This document shows positions 19,321 through 30,651 of a stretch of 64,000 bases of DNA, one piece after another. How positions within the stretch are numbered: position 1 is the first letter of the stretch; every line of letters starts with the position of its first letter. The position numbers and the translations under genes are program-made. The DNA comes from Vulcanimicrobiota bacterium. GTDB taxonomy: Bacteria; Vulcanimicrobiota; Vulcanimicrobiia; Vulcanimicrobiales; Vulcanimicrobiaceae. A model generated the notes under the pieces. That model searched no databases. It saw only the letters and a program-made list of their open reading frames with translations, and was not told the origin of the DNA. The stretch spans positions 192,001-256,000 of the forward strand of contig CAWHWQ010000005.1 of assembly GCA_963833095.1 (NCBI GenBank), read 5' to 3'.

Positions 19321-21542
19321 CGAGATCCGCAGCGGCGGATTCCAAGCGCATCGCGCCGCCGGCTCGTCTCTTCGCGAGTTCGCGGCTTCGCTCGGTCTCG
19401 CGCGGCGCTTGCCAGCGACGACACGTCGTGCTTCTTGTCGGCGCGCGCACTCGAAGCGCACGACGCCGCCGCGCTTGGTTTTCGCGACGACGTAGAGCCG
19501 CAGACCGGGCACGGCTGCGGGAACGACGCGATCCCACGAGACGAAGTCGCACTTCGGGATAGTTGGCGCAGCCGTAGAACGTGCGGCCCTTGCGCGACTT
19601 GCGCTCGACGATCATGCCGCCGTCCTTGGGACAGATCGCGCCGGTGTCTTTGAGGATCGGCTTCGTCGTCTTGCACTCGGGATAGCCCGTGCACGAGATG
19701 AACTTGCCGAAGCGGCCGGTCTTGATGACCATCGGCCGCTCGCAGTTCGGGCAGATCTCGTCGGTCGGCTCGTCGCGTTGATCTCGAGACTTCGGCAGCT
19801 TCTTCTCGGCGTCCTCGAGCTCGAGGGCGAACGGTCCGTAGAACGTCGCGCAGCACGCCGACCCAATCGGCCGTCGCCCTCGGCGACTTTGTCGAGATCG
19901 CCCTCCATCGCGGCCGTGAAGTCGAGATCGACGATGTCTTTGAAGTGCTCGGCCAGCAGGTCGTTGACTGCGATGCCGATCTCGGTCGGTGAAAGCGGCG
20001 CTCTTCTTGCGTCGACGTAGCCGCGAGCCTGAATCGTATCGACGATCGTGCAGTAGGTCGACGGGCCGGCCGATGCCGTTCTCTTCGAGCGCCTTCACCA
20101 GCGAGGCTTCGGTGTAGCGCGGCGGCGGCTCGGTGAAATGCTGCTTCGGGTCGATGCGCGCGGCGGTCGAGCGCATCGTCGCTCGAGCAATTCGGGCAAA
20201 CGCACGCGGGTCTTGCCTTTGCGGCGCGCCGTTGGTCTTGGCCGCAGCGTCGCCATTTTGCGCGTCTTCGTCTTTGCCTTCTTCATATACGCGGGTGAAG
20301 CCGGCGAACTTGCACGAGCTGCCGGTCGCGCGGAACGTGTAATCGCGCGGCGCTGATATCGACGGTCGTTTGGTCGAAGACCGCCGGCGCCATCTGCGAA
20401 GCGACGAAGCGCTCCCAGATCAGCGTGTACAGCCGCAGCTCGTCGCGTTTGAGCACGTGCGCGACGCTATCGGGCGTGCGAGAGACACGGTCGGGCGGAT
20501 CGCTTCGTGCGCGTCTTGCGCGCCTTCGCGCACTCTTGTACGGTCGCTCCACCGTGAAATTCTGCGCCGTAGGTCGCGGTCGATGAACTCGCGGGCCGCA
20601 TCGCGCGCCGAGTCGGCGATGCGCGTCGAGTCGGTACGCATGTAGGTGATCAGACCTTGGGTGCCGTCGGCCCCGCCCAGATCGACGCCTTCGTAAAGAG
20701 CCTGCGCGATCTGCATGGTGCGCCGGACGCGCAAGCGTCAACTTGCGCGAGGCCTCTTGCTGCAGGGTCGAGGTGGTGAACGGCGCCGGAGCGTTGCGGC
20801 GCACCTCGCGGCGCTTGACCGACGCGACCGAAAACGCCGCGCCTTCCAGAGCGCGCATCACCCCATCGGCCTGTTCTTGGTTGGTGATCTCCAGCTTCTC
20901 GCCACGATGCGAGACCAGATCTGCCGGGAAGACGATTGCCGGATCGCGCTCGGTCGCGAGCTGCGCGGTCACGGTCCAGTACTCGCGCGGAATGAAGGCC
21001 CTGATTTCGCGCTCGCGGTCGACGATCAGCCGGACGGCCACCGACTGCACGCGCCCGGCCGAGAGGCCGCCGCGGACCTTGGCCCAGAGCAGCGGCGAAA
21101 TTTTATAGCCGACCAGCCGGTCGAGAATGCGTCGCGCCTGCTGCGCGTTCACGCGATCCATATCGATCTGATGCGGGATTTGATTGCGGCGAGCGCCGCG
21201 TCTTTGGTGATCTCGTGAAGTTCGATCCGCTTGGGGTCTTGGAGCTTGAGCAGCTCGGCGAGATGCCATGCGATCGCTTCGCCTTCGCGGTCGGGGTCGG
21301 TCGCGAGGTAGACCTCGCTCGCGGCTTTCACCGCGCTCTTGAGCTCTTTGATGACGTCGCCCTTGCCCTTGATCGTCAGATATTTGGGCGTGAAATCGTG
21401 TTCCACGTCGACGCCGAGCGTGATCTTGGGCAGATCGCGCACGTGCCCGACCGACGCCTTGACCACGATACCGCGGCGGGAGAAACTTCTTGATCGTCCG
21501 CGCCTTCGTCGGCGACTCCACGATGATCAGGGGCTTTTTCAC
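19320..21542 (-). CDS. topA: DNA topoisomerase I with C-terminal Zn ribbons (apparent frameshifts; 3' end approximate)
   Basis: GTG 21542 [69 protein letters not shown] ribbons. Confidence 0.95.
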
Positions 21543-21549
21543 GGGCCTA

Positions 21550-21579
21550 AGTATACTCCCGGGGTCAAGACCTGGGCAA
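21550..21579 (-). promoter_or_regulatory. Putative sigma70 promoter of topA (probably leaderless mRNA)
   Basis: Minus strand TTGCCC-18 nt-TATACT, with the -10 ending 7 nt before the GTG start; no SD. Confidence 0.6.
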
Positions 21580-21592
21580 ACCCGCTGGGCCC

Positions 21593-21640
21593 TACGCGCA
21601 CGCGTATGTGCGCGCGTACGCGTGCGCGTACGTGCGCGCG
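21593..21640. other. 48-bp perfect alternating pyrimidine-purine tract (Z-DNA/cruciform-prone)
   Basis: tacgcgcacgcgtatgtgcgcgcgtacgcgtgcgcgtacgtgcgcgcg: 24 YR steps (15 CG, 4 TG, 4 TA, 1 CA); contains a 14-bp inverted repeat 21593-21606/21617-21630. Confidence 0.85.
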
Positions 21641-21642
21641 AT

Positions 21643-21671
21643 TTGCATGATGCGTCAAAATCCTTTATAGT
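21643..21671 (+). promoter_or_regulatory. Putative sigma70 promoter of the histone-like gene
   Basis: TTGCAT-17 nt-TATAGT. Confidence 0.7.
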
Positions 21672-21741
21672 GCGCTTAAAGCGCAATTCGTGCGCTGTCC
21701 AAATAACGCTGTTCGTCCCCCCGGGGGACGAGGAGGAATGA

Positions 21742-22134
21742 ATGGACTCCGATACCATGATGAACGGCGAGACAATGGCCGAGGCTAAGAAGCCGCGCCG
21801 TAAAGCTCGCCGCAAAAAGGCCGGGACGGCCAAAAAGGCAGCCGGCGGACGCAAGAAAGCGACGCGAAAGAAAGCTGCCGGCGGACGCAAGAAGTCCACG
21901 CGAAAGAAGGCCGCAGGCGGACGCAAGAAGGCGACGCGCAAGAAGGCTGGACGCAAAAAGGCCGGCGGACGTAAGAAGAAAGCCGGCGGACGCAAGAAAA
22001 AAGCCGGCACGCGCAAGAAAGCCGCTGGACGTAAGAAAGCCGGCGGACGCAAGAAAAAGGCCGTCGGACGCAAGAAGACCGCTGGACGCAAAAAGGCCGG
22101 CGGGCGCAAGAAGACCCGGAAGAAAAAAGCCTAG
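21742..22134 (+). CDS. Lys/Arg-rich histone H1-like nucleoid protein
   Basis: AGGAGG 5 nt before ATG; repeated KKAAGGRKK motifs with synonymous codon variation; own promoter and terminator. Confidence 0.85.
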   Translation: MDSDTMMNGETMAEAKKPRRKARRKKAGTAKKAAGGRKKATRKKAAGGRKKSTRKKAAGGRKKATRKKAGRKKAGGRKKKAGGRKKKAGTRKKAAGRKKAGGRKKKAVGRKKTAGRKKAGGRKKTRKKKA

Positions 22135-22169
22135 CGTTTTGACGCGCTCATCACCCTAGCTTTTAATGA

Positions 22170-22199
22170 AGGCGGACGAAAGTCCGCCTGATTTTTTTC
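22170..22199 (+). terminator. Rho-independent terminator
   Basis: aggcggac-GAAA-gtccgcct followed by gatttttttc. Confidence 0.8.
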
Positions 22200-22200
22200 T

Positions 22201-22407
22201 TGCCGCACGATGCGGCTGAAGGTTCGGAGCACAGGATGTGCGACCGCCGAAGGCGGCCGAATCGTCTTATGCCGCACGATGCGGCTGAAGGTTCGGAGCA
22301 CAGGATGTGCGACCGCCGAAGGCGGCCGAATCGTCTTATGCCGCACGATGCGGCTGAAGGTTCGGAGCACAGGATGTGCGACCGCCGAAGGCGGCCGAAT
22401 CGTCTTA
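22201..22407. repeat. Three identical tandem 69-bp units rich in hairpins
   Basis: Units 22201-22269, 22270-22338, 22339-22407; no spacers. Confidence 0.95.
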
Positions 22408-23190
22408 TGCTATCTGTTGTTCGACGCCGCCGTCGAGCCGGACGATGAAGGTGTGCACGTCGGCATTGAAGCTCCACTCGTGTATCAGAAGCCCGGCGGA
22501 TTCGAGCCCAATTCCCAGGCGTGAACGTCCGAGTACGAACTGCGGTGACGTGCTCGGCGCGGTGCACGCAACGGTCCCGTTCCATGGGTGCATCAGGACC
22601 GTGTGCAGATGCCCGGCAATGATGCGAGCGATCTGTGGATGGGCCCGCACGACGCCAGCCAGGCCGTTGACGTTCTCAAACCCATACGCATCGAGGCCCG
22701 GCAGGCCGGTGCGAAAGGGCGGGTGATGCATCGCTAAGATCGTCGGCCGTCGCGGGTGGGCACGCAGCTCAGCGTCGAGCCAAGCAAGACGTTCATCGTC
22801 GACGAATCCGCCAGCGCGACCCGGGGTCGTGGAATCTAGGCCGATGATGCGCAGCGGCCACGCCTCGATCGCGAAGCTCGCGTGCGATGCGAACGTCCCC
22901 AAATAACGATGATCGCGAAAGGCCCGGCGGAGCGATTCGCGATCATCATGGTTTCCTGGAATCAAAAAGTGCGGAATCTCGAGCCGCCCGAGGATCGACC
23001 GCAATCGTCGATACTCGTGCGGCGAACCTCTTTCGGTGAGGTCGCCCGTTGCGAGGACGATGTCGGGCCGAGGCTGCATTGCGTGCAAGCGGGCAATCGT
23101 GCGGCGAAGGTAGTCGGCCGTATTGGGCATGTGGTGCAGCACGTGCCCGCGGCGGCGAATATGCAGATCCGAAATTTGCGCGACGATCAC
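22405..23190 (-). CDS. Metallophosphoesterase, CpdA/Icc-like cyclic nucleotide phosphodiesterase
   Basis: SDLH, TGDL, PGNHD, MHHPP, AGHLH motifs. Confidence 0.9.
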   Translation of the reverse strand: MIVAQISDLHIRRRGHVLHHMPNTADYLRRTIARLHAMQPRPDIVLATGDLTERGSPHEYRRLRSILGRLEIPHFLIPGNHDDRESLRRAFRDHRYLGTFASHASFAIEAWPLRIIGLDSTTPGRAGGFVDDERLAWLDAELRAHPRRPTILAMHHPPFRTGLPGLDAYGFENVNGLAGVVRAHPQIARIIAGHLHTVLMHPWNGTVACTAPSTSPQFVLGRSRLGIGLESAGLLIHEWSFNADVHTFIVRLDGGVEQQIA

Positions 23191-23276
23191 AAGACGAGCA
23201 TATCGTCCGCGCCTTATCCCGGAATTAAGACCGGTTTAGTACGACCGGACCATTCACTAACGTCGGGGCTGCGCCA

Positions 23277-24250
<974 letters not shown>

Positions 24251-24254
<4 letters not shown>

Positions 24255-25272
24255 GGCGACCTCCGGTGACGCGGGGCGTCCTCGAGCTGCGCTGACCCTC
24301 GGCGCGTTCGTCGTAGAGGCAACAGCGCGCCACGTGGCCCTCCGAAATCATAGAGCGCAACCGGCTCGGCGCAGATCGGCATACGCGCATCGCAGCGCGG
24401 CGCGAAAGCGCAGCCCGGCGGCAAGTTGAGCAGATTCGGCGGTTGACCTTTGATCGGCTCCAGACGGCGCTGCGTGGAATCGTCTAGTCGCGGAAGCGAC
24501 GCGAGCAATCCTTGCGTGTACGGCATCTTGGGTTGGTGGAAGATTTGGTCGGCGGTGCCGTATTCCACCATGTTGCCGCCGTACATCACCAGCACGTTCT
24601 TGCAGACTTCGGCGACCACGCCGAGATCGTGGGTGATCAGGATGATCGCCGCACCGGTTTCCGCTTGCATCTCGTTCATCAGCTCGAGAATTTGCGCTTG
24701 GATCGTGACGTCGAGCGCGGTCGTCGGTTCGTCGGCGATCAGCACTTGCGGATTGCAGGACAGGGCCATGGCGATCATCACTCGCTGGCGCATGCCGCCG
24801 GAAAACTGGTGCGGATAGTCGTCGATGCGTCGCTCGGGCGCCGGAATGCGCACTTTGCCGCAGCATCTCGACGGCCTTGTCGCGCGATTCCTTGCGCGAA
24901 TAAGCCAAGATGCAGCCGCACAGCTTCGGCGATCTGCTCGCCGACGGTCAGCACCGGATTGAGCGAGGTCATCGGGTCTTGGAAGATCATCGCGATCTCG
25001 TGGCCGCGAATCTTGCGCATCTGCGGCTTCGCTCTTTGTCAGCAAGTCTTCGCCCTCGAAGAGCATCCCGTCGCTCGATCCCGGTCGCGTTGCGTGAACA
25101 GGAGTCGCATGATCGATAGCGAGGTCACCGATTTTCCTGATCCCGATTCGCCGACGATGCCGAGCGTCTTGCCGGCTTCGAGCGAAAACGACAGCCCGTT
25201 GACGGCCGTCACCGGCCCATCTTCCGTACGAAAGGTCGTACGGAGATTCCGGACATCGAGCAGCGGCTGACA
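24251..25272 (-). CDS. Oligopeptide ABC transporter ATPase, OppD-like (apparent frameshifts; start approximate)
   Basis: [43 protein letters not shown]. Confidence 0.88.
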
Positions 25273-25278
25273 GCGAGT

Positions 25279-25643
25279 TCAGATCCCCGTTAATGAGAGA
25301 AAGAGCGGGTCAGAACAAACACGACCGCGGCGAACCCGGTGACGCGCTTGATCTGTCCTCGCACCCGAGCCGGCCGCGTAGGCCGAATCGACGCGGCCGC
25401 CGATCGTGCCCGAAAGTCCCTCTTGTTTCGTCGTTTGCACCGCGAGCAGCACGACGAGTCGCGACGGCCGCGATGACAAATAGGCCGGCGAGCCCGTGGG
25501 TCAGCCACGCAGCGTGCGCTTGCAGTGCCGACTGCGGCTGCCACCGCCGGCGGCGGAAGTTGGATGGTTTGGGCGGGTGGAGCGGCTGCTTTCGCGGCGG
25601 CTTGGGGACCGCCGTTCGCTACAGCGGCGAACAAAAAGGTCAA
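25279..25643 (-). CDS. secG: Preprotein translocase SecG with Ala/Pro-rich N-terminal extension (apparent frameshifts)
   Basis: [23 protein letters not shown] + TTG start at 25643. Confidence 0.7.
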
Positions 25644-27570
25644 CGACGTATCTCCTGATGCTCGGTCGAGCGCGCGCGCGAGCCGCTCCGCGATTGCTTG
25701 CGCGGTCAGCCCGAACAGCGCGCGTTGACTGGGCTGCGTGTCGTGATGCACCAGCACGTCGGCGACGCCGATCGCGCTCGACCCGGACTTGAAGGCCCGA
25801 ATCCGACACCTTCTCTACCACCGCCGAACCGAAGCCGCCTGCGAGCGAATGTTCCTCCAACGTGAGAAAAGCGCATGGTCTCGGCCAGCTCGAGGATCAG
25901 CGTCTCGTCGAGCGGCTTGGCGAAGCGCGTGTTGACGACGGTCGGGAGCCGGTCCGAACGGCCGAATCGTCGCTAGCAGCAATCGTAGGCGTCGAGCGCG
26001 GCGTCGACGGTATTGCCCAGCGCGAGGATCGCCACCCGCTGCCGCGTGCGCAGCACTTCGGCTCGCCCGTCCACGATCGGCGCGAGCGGATCGTCCCATG
26101 GCGGCCGCTTGTGCGAACCGCGCGGATAGCGCATCGCGGCCGGGCCGTCGCGAGTCAGCGCGTGCGTCGAGCATCGGCGAGCACTTCGTCTTCGTTGCGC
26201 GGCGCCATCACCGTCATGTTCGGCAGCGTGCGCAAATACGCGATGTCGTAGAGACCCATGTGCGTCGGACCGTCGTCACCGACGAATCCGGCCCGATCCA
26301 TGCCGAACACGACCGGCAGATTTTGCACGCCACGTCGTGCACGATCTGATCGTAGGCGCGCTGCAAGAACGTCGAGTAGATCGCGCAGACCGGCTTGAAG
26401 TCCGCTGGTCGCCGCGCCCGCGGCGAAGCACACCGCGTGCGCTTCGGCGATGCCGACGTCGAAGATACGCGCTCGGGGAACGCCTTGGCGAATTTCGCGA
26501 GCTCCGTGCCGTCGGGCATGGCCGCCGTGATGCGCGATCACTTTCGGATCGGTCTGCGCGACGAGTCGATCAGCGCATCGGCGAAGGCATCCGAGAACGT
26601 CGGTCGCGCGCCGGGCTTGATCTCGAGCTTGCCGTTCTCGACGTCGAATAGACCGAGACGCCGTGGAACGTGCGCGCAGTCGTTCTCGGCCGGCTCGAAG
26701 CCTTTGCCTTTGACCGTGCGCACGTGCAGCAGCACCGGACCGGTCGATGCTCTTGCGCGCGTTTCGAGCGACGTCGCACAGCGCGTCGATAGTCGTGGCC
26801 GTCGATCGGGCCGATGTAGCGGAAGCCCATTTCCTCGAAGATCACCGCCGTCTTGTCGTCGGGCGAAACGAAACTCATGGCGCCCAGTTTCGGCCTTGCA
26901 GAACGCTTTGCGCGCCGTGCCGCCGAACGGCACGTGGCCGAAGACGTCTTTGGCCTTTTCGCGCGCGAAGTTGGCCAACGGCTTCGTGCGCAGCACCGAG
27001 AGATACGAGGCGATCGAGCCGACGTTGGGCGCGATCGACATCTCGTTATCGTTGAGGATCACGATGAAGTTGGTCTTCATCTGCCCGGCGTTGTTGATCG
27101 CTTCATAGGCCAGGCCGCCGGTGAGCGCGCCGTCGCCGATCACCGCAACGACCGTTTCCTCGCCGCCGCGCAGATCGCGCGCCGTCGCCATGCCGAGCGC
27201 CGCCGAGATCGACGTCGAAGCATGTCCCGCGCCGAACGGATCGAACTCCGATTCGCTGCGCATCGCGAAGCCGGAGACGCCGCCGCCTTGGCGCAGCGTG
27301 TCGAACTCGCTCGCGCCCGGCCGGTGAGCATCTTGTGCACGTACGACTGGTGGCTGAACGTCCCACACCAACTTGTCGCTGGCGCATGTCGAGCACGCGG
27401 TGCAGGGCCATCGTCAGTTCGACGACGCCCAGGTTCGGCGCGAGATGGCCGCCGTTGACGGCACAGACCTGGATCAGGACATTGCGGATTTCTTTGGCGA
27501 GGTGGTCGATCTCCGTGCGGCTCAGGCCGCTCAGATCGGCGGGCGATCCCGAGACGTTCGAGACATGGAC
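25640..27570 (-). CDS. dxs: 1-deoxy-D-xylulose-5-phosphate synthase (many apparent frameshifts; ends approximate)
   Basis: [70 protein letters not shown]. Confidence 0.93.
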
Positions 27571-27626
27571 CGCTTTTCGACGCCGCGAACGCGAAGCCCG
27601 TGCAAGCTCCAGGAAGCCTCGGATGC

Positions 27627-28269
27627 ATGACCGCCGCCGATCCCGCTCCGCGTCCGGACCCGAAGTCTGGACCGACCTCGCGCGCATCTTCTCGACGGTC
27701 TGCAACCCGTTCCTGACGGCGCTTGCTGCTCTTCGTCATCCTGGCGGGCGCCCGCTCGCGGACCAACACCGATTTCTGGTGTGCTGCTCTGCAACAGCGA
27801 CGTTCTTCACCTCGATCGGGCCGATGCTCTACGTCTTCTGGCTCTACGCGAGCGACCGCATCTCCGACCTCGACATGTCGAGTCGCGAGGAACGCGAGCA
27901 CGTCTTCGTGCGCGTTCGTGATCTTCTATCGTCTTCGGCACGATCGATCTGTGGCTGATCGGCGCGCCGCGCATGATCATCGCCGCGATGGCCGGCTATA
28001 CCGCTCTCGACGCTCGTCGTGCAGTGGATCACGCGCTATTGGAAGATCTCCACGCACGCGCTCGGCATCACCGCGCCGCTGGTCGCGCTGTGCGTGATCT
28101 AGGGAACGCGCCGCTGCCCGTTTCTGGTCCTGATCCCGATCGTGTGCTGGGCGCGCGTCTACCTGCGAGCTCACACGCTGCGCAGGTGATCGCCGGTGCC
28201 GCGCTCGCAACGGTCTCAACGATCCTCTTTTTTCACATCTTTCACGTCGGTGCAACGGTCGCCATCTAG
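27627..28269 (+). CDS. PAP2-like membrane protein (apparent frameshifts)
   Basis: [34 protein letters not shown] pieces across frames. Confidence 0.6.
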
Positions 28270-29438
28270 TCGCCGGCGCCTGCGGGCGCAAGCAATTCGA
28301 ATGCCCCTTGGGCCGCGATGCGCTCGCCCGGCTTGAGGCCTGCGCCGACCAGGGCAGTCGTTCCGTTCTCGTGCCGGACGCTCACGATCGCCTGGGTGAA
28401 TTTGAACGAGCCGTCCTTTTGACGCTGTTGCGAAAACACGACGTCGTCGCCGGTCTGCGGATCGGCGACGATCGCAATCTGCGGAACCAGCAGCCCGGCG
28501 ACGCGCGCAACCGTGACGCGCGCGCGAACCGCCGCTCCAGCCGAAGCATTCGGCGGGAGACCGCCGACGATGACGGTCGCCGTCTGCGTCGTAGGATCGA
28601 GGGCGCGCACGACGGCGGTGACGCGCCCGCGAGCGCGGACCGTCAATCCGGTGATTGCGAGATCGACGGCATCGCCGATTTGAATTTGGTCTGCGTCACT
28701 CGAGGGAACGCGCAGCGTCGCCTCGTTTTGGATGTTCGGGCCAACAATCACGACGGCCGTTCCCGGATCGACCGGTTCGCCCGGGCGATGTAGTATTGCT
28801 GTGACGATGCCGTCTGAGGGGCTGCGCAGCGTTGCGCGATTGAGATCGCTTTGCGCGAGTGCCGCTTTGGCAGCAGCGCTGGCCGCCTGCGCTTGCGCAG
28901 CCGTTCGTAGTGCGCCCGCGCTTTGCGCGTCCGCCGAATCGGTTGCGAGCGTCGCGCGCGCATCCTGCACATCTTTGAGCGCCACGACACCGGCGCGATA
29001 GAGCCGTTCTTCGCGCGCGGCGGCGCTTCGATCTGCCTCAACGCGTTGCTGGTACCGATTGACCGCAGCGGCCGCCGCCGAAGCGGTCGCGGCACGCGCA
29101 TCATCCTCCGCGCCTTGTGCCTCCAGCGCCAGCGGCTCGAGATCGAGCGCTGCCAAGGCTTCGCCAGCGCTCACGCGATCGCCGACGCGCACATAGACGC
29201 GACGCAACACCCCCGAATTCGCAAAGGCGAGTTGCGATGTCCCGGCGGTGGGCGACCCGACGAATCCACCCTCATCGAGGACGACCGTAAACTCACCCTC
29301 ACGCACCGTGGCGAGCGCTACCGCGGGCGTCATCTCGCGTTGCGCTGCGTCCGAACCGCCGCGGTGCATGACGAGCCAGGCGGCGATGCCGAGCGCGAGA
29401 ACGGTGCCACCTGTGACGTACCAGTATTGCCTACGCAT
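28266..29438 (-). CDS. RND efflux periplasmic adaptor (membrane fusion protein)
   Basis: N-terminal TM, VRVGDRV..GEALA, coiled coil, LRSPSDG, GLKPGERI. Confidence 0.9.
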   Translation of the reverse strand: MRRQYWYVTGGTVLALGIAAWLVMHRGGSDAAQREMTPAVALATVREGEFTVVLDEGGFVGSPTAGTSQLAFANSGVLRRVYVRVGDRVSAGEALAALDLEPLALEAQGAEDDARAATASAAAAAVNRYQQRVEADRSAAAREERLYRAGVVALKDVQDARATLATDSADAQSAGALRTAAQAQAASAAAKAALAQSDLNRATLRSPSDGIVTAILHRPGEPVDPGTAVVIVGPNIQNEATLRVPSSDADQIQIGDAVDLAITGLTVRARGRVTAVVRALDPTTQTATVIVGGLPPNASAGAAVRARVTVARVAGLLVPQIAIVADPQTGDDVVFSQQRQKDGSFKFTQAIVSVRHENGTTALVGAGLKPGERIAAQGAFELLAPAGAGD

Positions 29439-30651
29439 GTTCGTCTCCCATCAACATCTGCAGCGTCGCTTGCGCGCGCACGACGTCGTAATATGCCGAA
29501 AGCTCCGCGACGAGTGCCGCGACGTATGTCGTTCGCGCCGATTCGACGTCGAGACTGGAGCTCGCGCCGCTTCGATAGCCGATCTGCGTCGCATCGTATT
29601 CGGCTTTGGCTTCGCGCAGGGCGCGCTCTGCGGCGGCGAGAGCTACGCCCTGAGCAGTCTGCGTCCGCACCGCGGCACCAACCGAAACGGTGATGCTACG
29701 GCGAACTTTTTCCAGCTGCGCCTTGGCCTGCGCAAGGCGAGCTTCTTCCGCGACGACGCGGTCATGGGCGGCGCCTCCCAGCGGAACCGTCATCGTCACA
29801 TTGGCGCTCGGACCGGAAACCTTGATCCCGGTATCGACGCCGGTCGTGTATCCACCGGCCAGCGTCAGCGCCGGAATACCGGCGCGCTTCGCAACGTCGA
29901 CTGCGTGCGTCTCGGCTTCGACGTCGGCCTGAGCCGACGCGACTTCCGGGCGCGACGCGAGCGCCTGGCGAACGGCGGCATTCACGTCGTACGGAACCAG
30001 CGGCGGTATCGGCTCGTCGCGTGACGTCGCGACCAGCGTGACGGTATCGACTGCCGTTTCGAGCGCCAGAGCATCGGTCGCGTTCTGCGCATCGGCCGCA
30101 GCGCGAGCAAGGTCCGCCTGCGCGTTAGCGAGTGCAACCGCGGCGCGCACCTCGTCGAGCCGCGGTGCATCACCGGCGCTAAAGCGCAGATGGGCCGCGC
30201 GAAGCTGCGCTTGCGCATCGCGCACCGCCGCCGTACGAGCGTCCGCCGCCGCGAGCGCGTCAAGGGCGCCATAGTAATACCCGATGACGGCCACGCGCTC
30301 GTTGCGACGCGCGTCGTCGAAGTCGAACTGCGCGACGCGCAGCGATGCGTCGGCCTGCGCGATTGCCGGCGATGCCGCGAAGAGATCGCCGAGCGCGATC
30401 GTTGCTCCAAACGTCGTGAGCCGCTGCGCGACGACTTGGCCCAGATCGCCGCCTTGCGGCGCTTCGGCGTAGGCGGCAGTAAGCGAGGGCGCGTACTGCG
30501 CGCGAGCGGCATCGAACAGCGCCTGCGCTTCGTCGACCTTGGCACGCGCCATCGCAACGTCCGGCGAATGGGCGATTGCGGCGCGCTGCGCATCGTCGAG
30601 CGTGAGCCGGCCAAACGACGCGACGACCACCGCCAAGAGCAGATGGATCAT
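29431..30651 (-). CDS. TolC family outer membrane factor
   Basis: Start MIHLLLAVV at 30651; LTLDDA, RFSAGDAPRLD, GYRSGASSSLD repeats. Confidence 0.88.
   Translation of the reverse strand: MIHLLLAVVVASFGRLTLDDAQRAAIAHSPDVAMARAKVDEAQALFDAARAQYAPSLTAAYAEAPQGGDLGQVVAQRLTTFGATIALGDLFAASPAIAQADASLRVAQFDFDDARRNERVAVIGYYYGALDALAAADARTAAVRDAQAQLRAAHLRFSAGDAPRLDEVRAAVALANAQADLARAAADAQNATDALALETAVDTVTLVATSRDEPIPPLVPYDVNAAVRQALASRPEVASAQADVEAETHAVDVAKRAGIPALTLAGGYTTGVDTGIKVSGPSANVTMTVPLGGAAHDRVVAEEARLAQAKAQLEKVRRSITVSVGAAVRTQTAQGVALAAAERALREAKAEYDATQIGYRSGASSSLDVESARTTYVAALVAELSAYYDVVRAQATLQMLMGDEHA

Noticed and set aside
20283..22109. 608-aa ORF with RPPAFL repeats fused to TopA
   Set aside because: The N-terminus is the antisense shadow of the Lys-rich gene; topA starts at GTG 21542.
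22201..22407. CRISPR array
   Set aside because: Units are fully identical with no unique spacers; no cas genes in the window.
22131..22585. Short repetitive ORFs across the 69-bp array
   Set aside because: Open only because 69 is a multiple of 3; no SD or recognisable domain.
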